Source: an uncultured Gemmatimonadales bacterium (GTDB taxonomy: Bacteria; Gemmatimonadota; Gemmatimonadetes; Longimicrobiales; RSA9). From it: a DNA stretch of 64,000 bases. Below are positions 9,070 through 19,872 of the stretch, in pieces. Each line of letters begins with the position of its first letter. Positions within the stretch are counted from its first letter, which is position 1. A model generated the notes under the pieces. The model had not been told where the DNA came from. It saw only the letters and a list, made by a program, of their open reading frames with translations, and did not search any database. The position numbers and the translations under genes were made by a program. The stretch spans positions 192,001 to 256,000 of the forward strand of contig CAWCRS010000002.1 of NCBI GenBank assembly GCA_963798085.1. The letters run 5' to 3'.

Positions 9070-9852
9070 CTACCGCTTGCGGATGCGGATGGCCCCGTTC
9101 ACGGTGCTCAGGCCGACGCTGCGGCCGCCGCGACCGATGGTCCCGTTGATGCGCTTGGGGCCGAAGCGACCCTGCACGGTGAGCGGGAAATCGGTGTCGA
9201 TGTCGCCATTGACGGTGGTTGCGTGTATGTCGGCGCTGAAGTCGCCGCCCACATCCAGCTCGATGCTGCCATTGACGGTCTCGAAGTCGAGCTCGCCATC
9301 CATGTCGCCGCGATCCATGGCGACCTTGATGTTGCCGTTCACGGTGTGGGCTTCGGCGAGGCCGTTGGTGTCGATGGTGACGCCGCCGTTGACGGTCCAG
9401 GCGCGCACATCGGAATCGAGCCCGTCGCCATTAATGTTGCCGTTGACGTTGCGCGCCAGCAGCATGACACCCGCCGGCACCTGCACCTCGAACGCCACCT
9501 GCACGTCGTTGTTCTCGACGTTGTTGCGGCCGCCGCTGCCGGCCTTGCACTCGTTGGGCTCGCTGCGCCGGCGTGATGATGGGTAGACGGCGCAGATGGT
9601 GACGCCGTCATCATGTTCCAGCACTTCGATCTTCACCTCATCCGGGTCGTTCTTCTTGCCGGACTTGGTGGCGTTCACACGGACCTCATTGCCGGAGGCG
9701 GCCACGGCGTGAATGGTGCCGTTGATGCCCTTGATCTCGACCGATTCGCCTCGCCGCAGCCGGCCTCGCCAGCTGAAATCCTGTGCGGCGGCGTGACTCC
9801 AGCTCGCGGATGCCAGCACGAACAGTGCGGTCAGGCTCAGAATGCGTTTCAT
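9070..9852 (-). CDS. DUF4097 family beta-strand repeat protein
   Basis: Signal peptide MKRILSLTALFVLASASWSHAAA; repeated TVNG motifs; C-terminal LSTVNGAIRIRKR. Confidence 0.9.
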   Translation of the reverse strand: MKRILSLTALFVLASASWSHAAAQDFSWRGRLRRGESVEIKGINGTIHAVAASGNEVRVNATKSGKKNDPDEVKIEVLEHDDGVTICAVYPSSRRRSEPNECKAGSGGRNNVENNDVQVAFEVQVPAGVMLLARNVNGNINGDGLDSDVRAWTVNGGVTIDTNGLAEAHTVNGNIKVAMDRGDMDGELDFETVNGSIELDVGGDFSADIHATTVNGDIDTDFPLTVQGRFGPKRINGTIGRGGRSVGLSTVNGAIRIRKR

Positions 9853-9913
9853 GGTTTCGCCTGGATCGTTGAAGTTTCTCGAGCCGCCATGCATGCGGCT
9901 CGGGGATCGCGCA

Positions 9914-10765
9914 TCAGTGCCGCTGGGGCCGGCGCAGGCTGATGCTGCCGCCGAAGGAAGCCAGCTCGAGGCGTGCGCCGCCGGTGCCAATCGTGAACGT
10001 ACTGCGTCCGCGGCCCACACCACCCCGCACGCGGATGGGGAAATCGGCGTTGATCTCGCCGTTGTAGGTCTCGAGCGTGACCGTGGCGTTGGTGCCTTCG
10101 GGCACGAATACCACCAGGCTGCCGTTGTGCGTGCCGAGTGCGTAGCGTCCGCCGTCGCGGATTTCGCCATCATACTGGACGGTGCCGTTGATCGTCTCGG
10201 CGTCGACCGCGTCGGAGTGGATCCCGGTCAGGTTCAGCGGGCCGTTGACGGTTTCCGCGCTCAGGTCGCCGGTGTGGCCGGTGACGCTGATGCCCTGATT
10301 CACGGTTTCGAGGTGCATGCCGCCGCGCGTTTCGGTGGTGACGATGCGGCCCGAGGTGGATTCGATGTGCGCCTTCCCGTCCAGCTTCGACAGCGTGACG
10401 TTGCCACCCACGGTTTCGGCATGCACGTCGCCTTCAATGCCGGCGATGTCGATGCTGCATTGCACGCCATCGATCTCGATATCGAACCGTTGCGGCACGG
10501 TGATCTCGTAATCCACGGGACCGCGTGCGCCGCGGCGATTGTGCGAGCCGAGCTGCACGCTGGAGCTGGAGCGCTCGAGGTCGATCCGGATGGTGCCCGT
10601 GTAGCGGGCGCGCACCCGGACTTCGCCGCGATCCCAGGACCGTACGGTAATGGAGCCGAGCTGGTTTTCGATGGACATGCGGCCACCGGCCCGGACGGCG
10701 AAGGTGGTGTCGAACTGCTGCGGTGGCGCAGCCACCAGCATGGCGGTCATGAGTGCGGCTACCAT
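9914..10765 (-). CDS. DUF4097 family beta-strand repeat protein
   Basis: Repeated ETVGG/ETVNG/ETING/ETYNG motifs; C-terminal LELASFGGSISLRR. Confidence 0.9.
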   Translation of the reverse strand: MVAALMTAMLVAAPPQQFDTTFAVRAGGRMSIENQLGSITVRSWDRGEVRVRARYTGTIRIDLERSSSSVQLGSHNRRGARGPVDYEITVPQRFDIEIDGVQCSIDIAGIEGDVHAETVGGNVTLSKLDGKAHIESTSGRIVTTETRGGMHLETVNQGISVTGHTGDLSAETVNGPLNLTGIHSDAVDAETINGTVQYDGEIRDGGRYALGTHNGSLVVFVPEGTNATVTLETYNGEINADFPIRVRGGVGRGRSTFTIGTGGARLELASFGGSISLRRPQRH

Positions 10766-10777
10766 TTCCTATGCCTT

Positions 10778-11482
10778 TCAGGTCTCGCTCCGCAGACTCG
10801 CGGCGTGGCGGAGGAGATCGATCTTACGCATGAGAGTGTCGTCCAGGTGTCGGTAGAGCCACGTATTGGACGGATCGGTGCGCAACGCCTGACGCGCCTC
10901 GGCAATGGCGCCGTCGATGATCTGCAGATTGTGCTCGACGACTGCCACGGTCGCGGAATCCAGCTGGGGCCGGCGTGCCGCGAGTTCCCGTTCCAGCTCG
11001 CGAATGGCGCCGTCGTAGTTCTCCTCGGTGGTATTGACGAACTGCGCCGCGAAGCTGGCGGCGCTCTCCGTGCCGCCGGCTGGCGCGCCGGCGAGGGGAG
11101 CGGCACCGTGCGGTGCGCTGAGCAGCCAGACGGCGAGCCCGGTAGCCAGCATGAGCACGGTCGCGGCAGCTGCCAGCTGCCACCCCGAGAAGCTGAAGCG
11201 GCGAGGCGGATGGCCGTGCCCGCGGAAGGGCAGGACGGCCACATCGTCGCCTGCGATGATCTGTTGCCGTATACCGGCCCAGAGATCGCGGGCGGGTGGT
11301 GTGTCCGGCAGATTTTCCGCGTGTGCGACGACGCGCCGCAGCGAATCCAGCGTACCACGGCAGGCGGCGCAACTCGTCAGGTGCGACTCGAGGCGCTCAC
11401 GGTCCTGCGCGCTCAGCTCGCCGTCCATGTATTCCGAAAGTCGGTCTGTCCAGTGCTCGCTCATATGCCTGTTCCTGCTCAA
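10778..11482 (-). CDS. Zinc-binding anti-sigma factor (zf-HC2/ZAS) with TM helix
   Basis: LSEYMDGEL..HLTSCAAC (HxxxCxxC) followed by a TM segment; coupled to the ECF sigma gene. Alternative ATG start at 11464. Confidence 0.9.
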   Translation of the reverse strand: MSRNRHMSEHWTDRLSEYMDGELSAQDRERLESHLTSCAACRGTLDSLRRVVAHAENLPDTPPARDLWAGIRQQIIAGDDVAVLPFRGHGHPPRRFSFSGWQLAAAATVLMLATGLAVWLLSAPHGAAPLAGAPAGGTESAASFAAQFVNTTEENYDGAIRELERELAARRPQLDSATVAVVEHNLQIIDGAIAEARQALRTDPSNTWLYRHLDDTLMRKIDLLRHAASLRSET

Positions 11483-12027
11483 CGAAAGAACTCGCGCAGC
11501 GCCATGCGGGCGCGGTGCAGCTGCGATTTCAATGTGCCCGCCGTGACCTCGAGCATCTCGCCGATCTCCTCGTGTGTGTAACCCTCGACGTCGTGCAGCA
11601 CGAACACGTCGCGTGCCCCTCTGGGCAGCTGAGCGATCGCGGTCTCGAAATCGACGCTCAGCTCGTGCGTCGCTCGCCGGGCGGCAATCGGTAGATCAGC
11701 GGGGTCGCCACCGGTGAAGCGAGACCGGTACGACCCGATCGCCGCCCGGCGACCGAGAATGACGTTCACAGCCAGCCGATAGAGCCAGGTGCCAAAGGCG
11801 GAATCGCCCCGGAACTGGCCCAGCTTGCGCCACGCGCGCACGAATATCTCCTGCGTCACGTCATCCACATCGACGTCGCCGATCATGCGGCGCGTGAGCG
11901 AATGGACGTGTGCGACATGGCGGTGATAGAGGCGCTCGAACGCCTCGGTGTCTCCGGCGGCGGCCGTCGCCGCGTCGGCGCGGTCGGCTTCCGCGCCCGC
12001 CGTTTTCTGCCGAATTGCCAGTGTCAC
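11479..12027 (-). CDS. ECF RNA polymerase sigma factor
   Basis: Region 2 DDVTQEIFVRAWRKL..FGTWLYRLAVN; region 4 FVLHDVEGYTHEEIGEML..KSQLHRAR. Confidence 0.95.
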   Translation of the reverse strand: MTLAIRQKTAGAEADRADAATAAAGDTEAFERLYHRHVAHVHSLTRRMIGDVDVDDVTQEIFVRAWRKLGQFRGDSAFGTWLYRLAVNVILGRRAAIGSYRSRFTGGDPADLPIAARRATHELSVDFETAIAQLPRGARDVFVLHDVEGYTHEEIGEMLEVTAGTLKSQLHRARMALREFFR

Positions 12028-12124
12028 TTCCCCGCTGCCTGGTCTCGCTTCGGCCTGTTAGATAGGGGGCCGGGCGTCTGGGTTGGAAGAATAGCGACTT
12101 GCCATTCTCGAGGCTCGGCGCGAG

Positions 12125-12338
12125 ACGGCGTGGCTGGGGCGGGTTGCTGGGGCTGGTTGCCCGGGAACGACAAACAGAATACGGACGATTCCCTTGTTCG
12201 GGCTGGGTTGCTGGAGAACGAATGGGCGGGCCGGCCGACATGGAACTCTCGACGTACCGCCTGCGGATCCGACGCTCTTTCCGATTGGTACGGCATTTTT
12301 CTGAGCGACCAGCCCAGCAACCAGCACGAGCAACGCCT
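12125..12338. repeat. Intergenic REP-like repeat cluster
   Basis: gggctggttgcccgggaacg and variants at 12133-12222, with inverted copies (cagcccagcaaccagc) at 12303-12338. Confidence 0.65.
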
Positions 12339-12450
12339 TCGAGCGGGCCGGGAGCGCCCGGTGCACGGGGCCCGGCGGCCCATGGGTGGAGGCAGACAGG
12401 TCGCAATGATAGGTTTTCCCGGCAACAATGGAGGAAGGGGAGGCACAGGC

Positions 12451-13242
12451 ATGGCGCAGGAGATCATCCAGGTCGATGCGTTTGCAACGCGGGCCTTCGC
12501 GGGCAATCCGGCGGGGGTGTGCATCATGGATGCCGCACGCGAGGACGCGTGGATGCAGGCGGTGGCGCGCGAAATGAACCTGTCGGAGACGGCGTTCCTG
12601 GTGCGCGACGGCGATGGCTACCGACTGCGCTGGTTCACGCCGGCGGTGGAGGTGGCGCTGTGCGGTCATGCGACGCTTGCGAGCGCGCACGTGTTGTGGG
12701 AATCGGGGCGTCTGGATGGAGCGGCGACGGCGCGTTTTCACACCCGCTCCGGCCTGTTGACGGCGAAGCGCATCGACGGCGTCATCGAGATGGACTTTCC
12801 CGCGGTGACGCCGGAGCCGGCGGAGGCGCCTGCCGGTCTGCTGGACGCGCTCGGGGTACCAGCCGTCGCGGTGCTGCGCAATCGCTTCGATTACCTGGTC
12901 GAGGTGGCGAGCGCGGAGGATGTGCGCAGCGCGCGTCCCGACATGACGCGGCTGCGCGCGGTGGAGGCGAGGGGCGTGATCGTGACCAGCCGCGGCGATG
13001 ATGGCAAACACGACTTTATCTCGCGTTTCTTCGCACCGCGTGCCGGTGTGGATGAAGACCCGGTCACCGGCTCGGCGCACTGCTGTCTGGCGCCCTACTG
13101 GGCGGGCAAGCTGGGCCGCGACACGCTGACCGGCTATCAGGCTTCGCCGCGTGGAGGCACGGTGGGCGTCGAGCTGCGCGGCTCGCGCGTTCTGCTGCGC
13201 GGCAGTGCGGTGACGGTCATGCGCGGCGAGCTGCTCGAGTAA
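12451..13242 (+). CDS. PhzF family phenazine-biosynthesis-like isomerase
   Basis: [46 protein letters not shown]. Confidence 0.95.
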   Translation: MAQEIIQVDAFATRAFAGNPAGVCIMDAAREDAWMQAVAREMNLSETAFLVRDGDGYRLRWFTPAVEVALCGHATLASAHVLWESGRLDGAATARFHTRSGLLTAKRIDGVIEMDFPAVTPEPAEAPAGLLDALGVPAVAVLRNRFDYLVEVASAEDVRSARPDMTRLRAVEARGVIVTSRGDDGKHDFISRFFAPRAGVDEDPVTGSAHCCLAPYWAGKLGRDTLTGYQASPRGGTVGVELRGSRVLLRGSAVTVMRGELLE

Positions 13243-13289
13243 CCGGTTGGCGCCCAACATGGAGTCTGCACAGGTGCAGGGGTGAGGCA

Positions 13290-13733
13290 ATGGCAAGGAT
13301 CAGGAAAACCGAAGAAGAGTGGGCACAGCAGCTGACGCCGGAGCAGTTCGCGGTGACGCGGCGCAAGGGAACGGAGCGCGCGTTCACGGGCGAGTATCAC
13401 GACTGCAAGGCGGACGGCACCTATCACTGTGTTTGCTGCGGCGCGGAGCTGTTCCGCTCGGACGAGAAGTACGATTCGGGCAGCGGCTGGCCCAGCTTCT
13501 GGGCGCCCGCAGCGGGCGCGAACGTACGCACGGAGACGGATACGAGTCACGGCATGCGCCGGGTCGAGGTGATGTGCGCGGCCTGTGATGCGCACCTGGG
13601 CCACGTGTTCCCGGACGGGCCGCGCCCCACGGGCCTGCGCTACTGCATCAATTCACTGGCGTTGTCGCTGGACGAGAACGAGAAGGCCGGCGTGCAGCCG
13701 GAAAACCCGCGGGTTGAAGAGGAGAGCACGTGA
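13290..13733 (+). CDS. msrB: Peptide-methionine (R)-S-oxide reductase
   Basis: [43 protein letters not shown]. Confidence 0.97.
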   Translation: MARIRKTEEEWAQQLTPEQFAVTRRKGTERAFTGEYHDCKADGTYHCVCCGAELFRSDEKYDSGSGWPSFWAPAAGANVRTETDTSHGMRRVEVMCAACDAHLGHVFPDGPRPTGLRYCINSLALSLDENEKAGVQPENPRVEEEST

Positions 13734-15505
13734 TGATGCGACGAAGCGGTTGGGTGCAGGCGTGGTTCCGGACGTCCGGTCGCGCCGTGCTGACAATGGT
13801 CTCGGCGCTGCTGCTCGGAGCGGCCGGCGTCCGCGGCCAGGCTGCTGCCGCGGCACGCCAGGGCGGGACGCCGCCGCGCGCGCAGAACGACGCGCTGCGC
13901 ACCGTGGCGGAGAAGACGGAGTTCAAGCAGACGTCGCGCTACGAGGACGTGGTGCGGCTGATGGAGGCCGCGCAGCGCGCCGCGCCTGCGCTGCTGCGCA
14001 TGGACACCTTCGGCTACACGTTCGAGGGACGCGCACTGCCGCTGATGGTCGTGGGCCACCTGCGTGACAAGCGACCGGAGACCGTGCGCGCGTCCGGCAG
14101 GACCGTGGTGTACCTGCAGGGCAACATCCACGCGGGTGAAGTCGAGGGCAAGGAATCGCTGCAGATCCTGCTGCGCGAACTGACGCAGGGCCAGCATGGC
14201 GCATGGCTGGATTCACTCGTGCTGCTCATCGCGCCCATCTACAACGCTGATGGCAACGAACGCATCCTGCTGACCAATCGCGGCGTGCAGAACGGGCCCA
14301 TCGGCGGCATGGGCCAGCGGCCCAACGCCCAGGATTACGACCTGAACCGCGACCACATGAAGCTGGAGTCGCCGGAGGCGAGGTCGCTCGCCGGCCTGCT
14401 GACGCGCTACGATCCGCAGGTGGCGGTGGACCTGCACACCACCGACGGCACGCGCATGGCGTACTACGTCACCTATTCGGGGCCCATGCACCCCAACACG
14501 GATTCCGCGCTGGTCCGCATGCTGCGCCAGCGCTGGTTTCCCGAGATGACAAAGACGCTGCACGACAAGTATCACTGGGACTACTACTACTACGGCAACG
14601 TCGAACGCACGGGAGACCAGCGGGGCTGGTACACCTTCGACTACCGCCCGCGCTTCAACAACAACTACATCGGGCTGCGCAACCGCTTCGCCATTCTGAG
14701 CGAGGCGTACGCTTACGCGACGTTCGAGGACCGCATCAAGGCGACATCGCGTTTCGTCGAGGAGATCGTCAACTTCGCGATGCACAACGCCACCGCGATC
14801 CGGCGCACCACTGCGGCGGCGGATGCCGCACCCATCGTGGGCCGGCAGTTCGCGTTGCGCGCCGACTTCGAGCGCTCCGACCCGGTGGATATCCTGCTGG
14901 GTGATGTCACCGAGGAGCGCAATCCCTACAGCGGCGCACGCATGCTGCGGCGCGCGGATGTGACGCACGTGGAGCGCATGCCGGAGTACGGCACGTACAC
15001 ACCCACGGAGACGGAACGCGTGCCGCGCGCCTATCTGATCCCGCCCGCGCTCGCGGACATCGTCGACAAGCTGCAGGCGCACGGTGTGAAGACAACGGTG
15101 CTCGCGACGGACCGGCAGCTGCGCGTCGAGAAGTTCCGCATCGACTCCACGACTGCGGAAACGCAGCCATTCCAGGGACACCAGGAGCGCACGCTGTATG
15201 GCGCCTGGGAGGCTTCGACGGAAACCGTACCGGCTGGCACGGTGGTGGCCTCGGTGGAACAGCCGCTCGGCCGGCTCATGTTCACACTGCTCGAGCCGCG
15301 CTCGGACGACGGCTTCGTTGACTGGAACCTGCTGGACCGCGATCTCGGCCTGGTCGCTGCCGGCAGCGGACGCCGTGGCGGTGGCTTCGGCGGCGGTGGC
15401 GGCGGCGGGCGAGGCGGCCGGGGGGGCGGTGGCGGCGGCGCGGGTGCACCCACACAGCCGGTGCCGTTCTACCCGATCCTGCGCACGGACGAGAGCGTGC
15501 ACTGA
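13730..15505 (+). CDS. M14 family zinc carboxypeptidase-like protein
   Basis: [10 protein letters not shown] (HxxE), NADG, DLNRD, DLHTTDG; signal peptide; Gly-rich insert near the C-terminus. Confidence 0.92.
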   Translation: MMMRRSGWVQAWFRTSGRAVLTMVSALLLGAAGVRGQAAAAARQGGTPPRAQNDALRTVAEKTEFKQTSRYEDVVRLMEAAQRAAPALLRMDTFGYTFEGRALPLMVVGHLRDKRPETVRASGRTVVYLQGNIHAGEVEGKESLQILLRELTQGQHGAWLDSLVLLIAPIYNADGNERILLTNRGVQNGPIGGMGQRPNAQDYDLNRDHMKLESPEARSLAGLLTRYDPQVAVDLHTTDGTRMAYYVTYSGPMHPNTDSALVRMLRQRWFPEMTKTLHDKYHWDYYYYGNVERTGDQRGWYTFDYRPRFNNNYIGLRNRFAILSEAYAYATFEDRIKATSRFVEEIVNFAMHNATAIRRTTAAADAAPIVGRQFALRADFERSDPVDILLGDVTEERNPYSGARMLRRADVTHVERMPEYGTYTPTETERVPRAYLIPPALADIVDKLQAHGVKTTVLATDRQLRVEKFRIDSTTAETQPFQGHQERTLYGAWEASTETVPAGTVVASVEQPLGRLMFTLLEPRSDDGFVDWNLLDRDLGLVAAGSGRRGGGFGGGGGGGRGGRGGGGGGAGAPTQPVPFYPILRTDESVH

Positions 15506-15524
15506 AGCGATAACAGGCCGTCAG

Positions 15525-15567
15525 ACGAAACGCGCCGGCGGGCAGGAGCCCGACCGGCGCGTTTCGT
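15525..15567. terminator. Bidirectional intrinsic terminator
   Basis: 14-bp stem acgaaacgcgccgg/ccggcgcgtttcgt between convergent genes. Confidence 0.75.
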
Positions 15568-15590
15568 TGCGCAGGCGAGGAGAGGGGATG

Positions 15591-17642
15591 TTACCTGCGC
15601 AGAATCTCTATCAGCAGGTCGCGCTTGCGGGGATCGTCGGTCTGCGAGAAGTACATGACCGCGCTCTTCTTGAGGTCCAGGTCCTTCTCGTTGCGCGCAA
15701 TGTCGATGAGCTTGTCGGCGGCGGGCTGCTCGGTGCGCGCGCGCTCGCCGATGGCGCCCAGCACGGAGCGCTTCACGGTCTTGTCAGTGGTGCGATCGTA
15801 GAGCGCCGCCAGCCGGTCGAATGACAGGGTCTTGCTGCGTCCGACCATGTTGATGGCGTACTGACGCAGGCGAGGCTCTTCGTTCTCGTTGCTGGCGATG
15901 GTCATGAGCCAGTCGGCGTCCATGCCGCCCCGACGCACGCCGGCCGCCATGAGAATCGTCTCCCGCAGATCGGTTTCGCTGCCGGCACGGGAGTAGAGCT
16001 GGCGCAGAAACGCCGCGTTAGCGGAATCGCCGGACTGGCCCAGATAGGCGATGGCACGGCGGCGTGCGTCGATGGGCAGGTCGGTGCGGCCGGCATAATC
16101 GCGGACGGCGCGCCAGCCACGGTCGGTGCGCGTGCGCGCCAGTGTCTGCAACGCCCAGTCCCGGCCCTTGGCGTCGCTAGCGGTGCGCAGCTGCTCCTCG
16201 GCCAGCGCGACGGCACGGTCCGGATTGCGTGAGCTGAGGTACACCAGTGCGGACTGGCGCACGGCGGGCTCCGGATCGTTGCGCGCCGCATCGGCCAGCA
16301 TGGCTTCGGCGTCCGGCGTCTGGATGCGGGCCACGATCATGAGCGCGCGATCGCGCAACTGCGCCGCGCACTCATCACGGCGGCCCATGACATCCTTCAG
16401 CACCGGCATGGCCGCGGAGGAATCCATGCGCACCAGCGCATTGAGCGCGATGAGCCGGATCTCGCTGTCATCCCCGGCGCATTGCGGCGGTACCCGGACG
16501 TAGCCGCTGTAGCCCATCCCGCCCATCGATCCATACAGGCTGGTCATCGCGTTAACCTGCGCGACGGTGTTATTGGCCTGCGCGATCTCGGCCTGCATCT
16601 GCGCAGACTGGACCGCGCTGGCGACAATGTTACTGGAACGGGTTGCGGCGACCGCGCCCGATTCGAGGACGCGCGAGGGCCCGGTCACCAGTGTGCGCAC
16701 ATCATCGGTGGCACTGCTGGCATCGCCCATCTGCGCCAGGCGCACACGCACACTGGTCAGCAATCCCGTGGTGTCGCGTGGGCGGCGCTCGGCCGGGTAC
16801 TTCTCCATGAGCTGCTCGAGTGCGGCCCTCGCCTCACGCAGGTTGTCCCGCGAGCCGAGGCGGGCCAGCGCGAAAGCCTGGTAGTAGTAGGCTTCGGGCC
16901 GGTACGTCGATTTGGCAAAGCGCTCCTCCGTGCGGATGCGCCCGAAGAGACGGGCCGCCTGCGTGTAGTCCGAGCGATTGAGCCGCTCACGCGCGGCGCG
17001 CCACAGCGAATCGGCAGGATCCTGCGCTGCCCATGACGCGCGCGGTCCACCGCCATACAGCTGGTTCAGCGAGCGATCGAACTCATCGGAACCTCGCCAC
17101 ACGCCCGCCGCGACGGGCGCGATCTCCTGCACGCGGCCGGGCCACGCGAGCGCCTCCGCCTGCGCGCGCAGTGCGTTGCTCTGCGCTTCGGCATCGCGCT
17201 TGGCGTAGCCGCCCAGCGTCGAAGCTGCCAGCGTTTCCTGCGCGCGGCGCAGCTGGTCGCCGACCACCGCGCCCTGCGCCGCCTGCATCTCGAGCGCATG
17301 CCTGGCGCTCTCGAATTCCTCGCCATGCTGCGCGGCCATTGCCTGCAGGGCCACATGCTGCGCCTCGAGAGCCTGGCGCATCTGGTCCTCGTTCAGGCCG
17401 GTCGAGAGCTGCTCCTGTGCGCGCTCGATCAGCGCCTGGAGACGATCGAGCTGTTGGGCATCGACCTCCGTGCCGACCTGTCGCAGCCGGTCGATCAGGC
17501 TCTGGTACTCGGCAATGGCGGCGCGCTGGCGAGCCAATTCCTGCTCGGCGGCGCGGCGCTGCTGCGTCGTGGCCTGCCCGAAGAGCGGGGCCGCGGCGAC
17601 TGCCAGCGTCAGGGTGGCGAGTGTGAGAATTCTCATTTTCAA
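15591..17642 (-). CDS. Secreted HEAT-repeat protein with coiled-coil and TPR-like region
   Basis: Signal peptide, coiled coil, QDPADSLWRAARERL TPR-like segment, C-terminal HEAT repeats (LIDIARNEKDLDLKKSAVMYFSQ). Alternative ATG start at 17636. Confidence 0.85.
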   Translation of the reverse strand: MKMRILTLATLTLAVAAAPLFGQATTQQRRAAEQELARQRAAIAEYQSLIDRLRQVGTEVDAQQLDRLQALIERAQEQLSTGLNEDQMRQALEAQHVALQAMAAQHGEEFESARHALEMQAAQGAVVGDQLRRAQETLAASTLGGYAKRDAEAQSNALRAQAEALAWPGRVQEIAPVAAGVWRGSDEFDRSLNQLYGGGPRASWAAQDPADSLWRAARERLNRSDYTQAARLFGRIRTEERFAKSTYRPEAYYYQAFALARLGSRDNLREARAALEQLMEKYPAERRPRDTTGLLTSVRVRLAQMGDASSATDDVRTLVTGPSRVLESGAVAATRSSNIVASAVQSAQMQAEIAQANNTVAQVNAMTSLYGSMGGMGYSGYVRVPPQCAGDDSEIRLIALNALVRMDSSAAMPVLKDVMGRRDECAAQLRDRALMIVARIQTPDAEAMLADAARNDPEPAVRQSALVYLSSRNPDRAVALAEEQLRTASDAKGRDWALQTLARTRTDRGWRAVRDYAGRTDLPIDARRRAIAYLGQSGDSANAAFLRQLYSRAGSETDLRETILMAAGVRRGGMDADWLMTIASNENEEPRLRQYAINMVGRSKTLSFDRLAALYDRTTDKTVKRSVLGAIGERARTEQPAADKLIDIARNEKDLDLKKSAVMYFSQTDDPRKRDLLIEILRR

Positions 17643-18265
17643 TCGTCTCCGTTGGCCCCGGCGGCGAGCCGGAGGCGGGCGAGTACGCGGTTGTGCTGAA
17701 TACCGTCTTCGATCAGTCGGATCTCTTCCTGCGGATCGTGCGCGGGCAGGGTGGCGATCTGCGCGAGCACCAGCTCGAGATCACCCAGCAGCCGGCTCAT
17801 GACGGGATCGCGGCCGGCCGGAGAATCGATGAGCAACCGGGTGTCGAGCAGCAGCTGTTTCGCCCATGCGGCCGCTTCCGGCGTCCGCCCCCCGCGGGCC
17901 TCGCCTTGCAGCGAAGCAAGCAGGACCTGCGTGTTCTGCAGGTAGTCCGCGGCGGCCACCTGGTACAGGCGGGGCGTGGTTGGCGCGTCCTCCATGCGTG
18001 TCTCGGCCTGTGCGGTTGCAGGCGACTTCACAGGTCCGGCCGCCGCGTCGCCGAGAGACATCCGACCAATGCCGACGCCCATGGCCAAGGTGGCGGCGAG
18101 GCTGAGTCCCCAGGCGATGCCGGTGCGGGAAGGGCAATGCGCCGGGCGGCGGAAGCGGTGCACGGAACTCACTTCCGCCCAGATCTCGTCACGCGGGATT
18201 TCGGGAGCGGGATCGAGATCCCGCACCAGGTCACCCACGAATTGTCCGAATTTCTCTTCGCTCAT
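17639..18265 (-). CDS. Putative anti-sigma factor (single TM)
   Basis: Coupled to the upstream ECF sigma gene (ATGA overlap); TM segment AWGLSLAATLAMGVGIG; no ZAS motif. Confidence 0.75.
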   Translation of the reverse strand: MSEEKFGQFVGDLVRDLDPAPEIPRDEIWAEVSSVHRFRRPAHCPSRTGIAWGLSLAATLAMGVGIGRMSLGDAAAGPVKSPATAQAETRMEDAPTTPRLYQVAAADYLQNTQVLLASLQGEARGGRTPEAAAWAKQLLLDTRLLIDSPAGRDPVMSRLLGDLELVLAQIATLPAHDPQEEIRLIEDGIQHNRVLARLRLAAGANGDD

Positions 18266-18807
18266 GACACCCACTCTCCTGCGAATTCCTTCAACTCCAG
18301 TCGCAACCTGGCCCGGGCTCGCGAGAGCCTGGCCTTGGAGGTACCGGTCGGCATGCCCAGCGCGGCGCCGATCTCGTCGTGTGTATAGCCTTCCACGTCG
18401 TACATGAGGAAAACGACACGGTACTTCACGGGGAGGCGGGCAATCGCATCACGCAGTCGGCTGCGCAGGTCCGGTTCCACGGCGCTGGCAACGGCACCGA
18501 GCGACGTCGCCTCGTGCAGGTCGGTTTCCCGGGCCCGCCACCGCTTCACCTTCCGCATCCCGTTCAGAGCGACCGACACGGTGATGCTATGGAGCCACGT
18601 GGAGAGCGCAGCATCACCCCGGAAGTCACCCAGCCGATCGAACGCGCGTACGAAGACATCCTGCGTGAAATCGCGCGCCAGGTCACCGTCGCCATCGGCG
18701 AGCCGGTAGGCCAGCCGATAGACTCTGTCCACGTGCCGGTCGTACAGCTGGCGTTCCGCCAGTCGCTCGCCCCGGAGCACGCGTTCGATCAGTTCCCGTT
18801 CCGTCAC
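18262..18807 (-). CDS. ECF RNA polymerase sigma factor
   Basis: DFTQDVFVRAF..LSTWLHSITV; FLMYDVEGYTHDEIG..GTSKARLSRAR. Confidence 0.95.
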   Translation of the reverse strand: MTERELIERVLRGERLAERQLYDRHVDRVYRLAYRLADGDGDLARDFTQDVFVRAFDRLGDFRGDAALSTWLHSITVSVALNGMRKVKRWRARETDLHEATSLGAVASAVEPDLRSRLRDAIARLPVKYRVVFLMYDVEGYTHDEIGAALGMPTGTSKARLSRARARLRLELKEFAGEWVS

Positions 18808-19015
18808 GCGGTACCGCTTCGGCGTTCAAGTGCCGTGGATCCGACGATATGACACGTTATTGCGGGCCGCGGTTGCGCGGGCGGGTCGGGCAGGCCCGCG
18901 GGGAGCCGGGCGCTCCGGGAAGGTCCCGGCCCCGTGCGGAAGGGCCGGAGCCGCCGTGAGAACCGTGGCCCCGACGCTCTGGCTGGAGCGTGAATATGGC
19001 GTAGAATTATGGTCC

Positions 19016-19853
19016 ATGGCGACCTCGCGTACTCCCCGGCGCCGACCGCGCCGGCAGGCCGACCAGTACCAGCTCGCATTACCGCTCGCGTGGCTGACGG
19101 AGGCGGAATTCATTGAAGCGCTGCGCGTGCGCGGCGTCAATGGAATCCGTCGTATTCGCTATCGGCCGAATCGCACACGGCTCATCTCGCTGTCGTCGGA
19201 TCAACGCGCACTCAATCTGCACGATTGTTTTCGCGGTGCGACGGATGTCGTGATCGATGCGATCGCCGCCTTTCTGCATCCGGCATCCACTTCCGGCGTG
19301 CAACGGGCCGCGGTGCAGTCCATGCGGTCGTGGTCGGAGGGGCAGTCGCCGGTGGATGCGATATGGCCGATGCACGCGCCCGCGACCGCGGGGACGCTGG
19401 CACAGCTCGCATTCCTCAATGCCGCGTACCGTCATCTCGAATCGCGAGTGGTTCGCTGGCCTGCTGCCCGAAGGCGTGACCATTCGCCTGAGCCAGCGCA
19501 TGGTGCGGCGTTTCGGTCACGTCGAGTATCGGCGTGTACGCGGCCAGCGCGTGGTGGCGGAGATCGCGCTCAACATCGACCTGATGATAGAGGGCAACGA
19601 GCGGCCGCTTCTGGACACACTGATGCACGAGATGGCACACGTGGAAGCGTGGGTGCGCTGCGGTCACGTGGGTCACGGCGAGCCGTGGCGGCGCATAGCG
19701 CTGCGTGTGGGCTGCGAGGTCAACGCGTCATCGCACATGCGCATCCGCCGGCGCCGCAACACCGAAGTCACCTGGGTTCCGGACCTCGATTCCTTCCTGA
19801 TGCTGGCGAGGCGGCGCATGGAGCCGCGCCGGCCCGCCCTGCGCAAGGCCTGA
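19016..19853 (+). CDS. SprT-like zinc metalloprotease domain protein (one frameshift near 19439)
   Basis: The N-terminal frame (NRTRLISLS..LNLHDCF) joins a second frame NREWFAGLLP..LDTLMHEMAH..GHGEPWRRIALRVG (HExxH plus His of SprT) if one base near 19439 is removed. Confidence 0.8.
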
Positions 19854-19872
19854 ACCATACCGCCGCCGCGCA

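Noticed and set aside
12451..13242. Phenazine biosynthesis cluster
   Set aside because: Stand-alone PhzF-family genes are common and no other phz genes are present.
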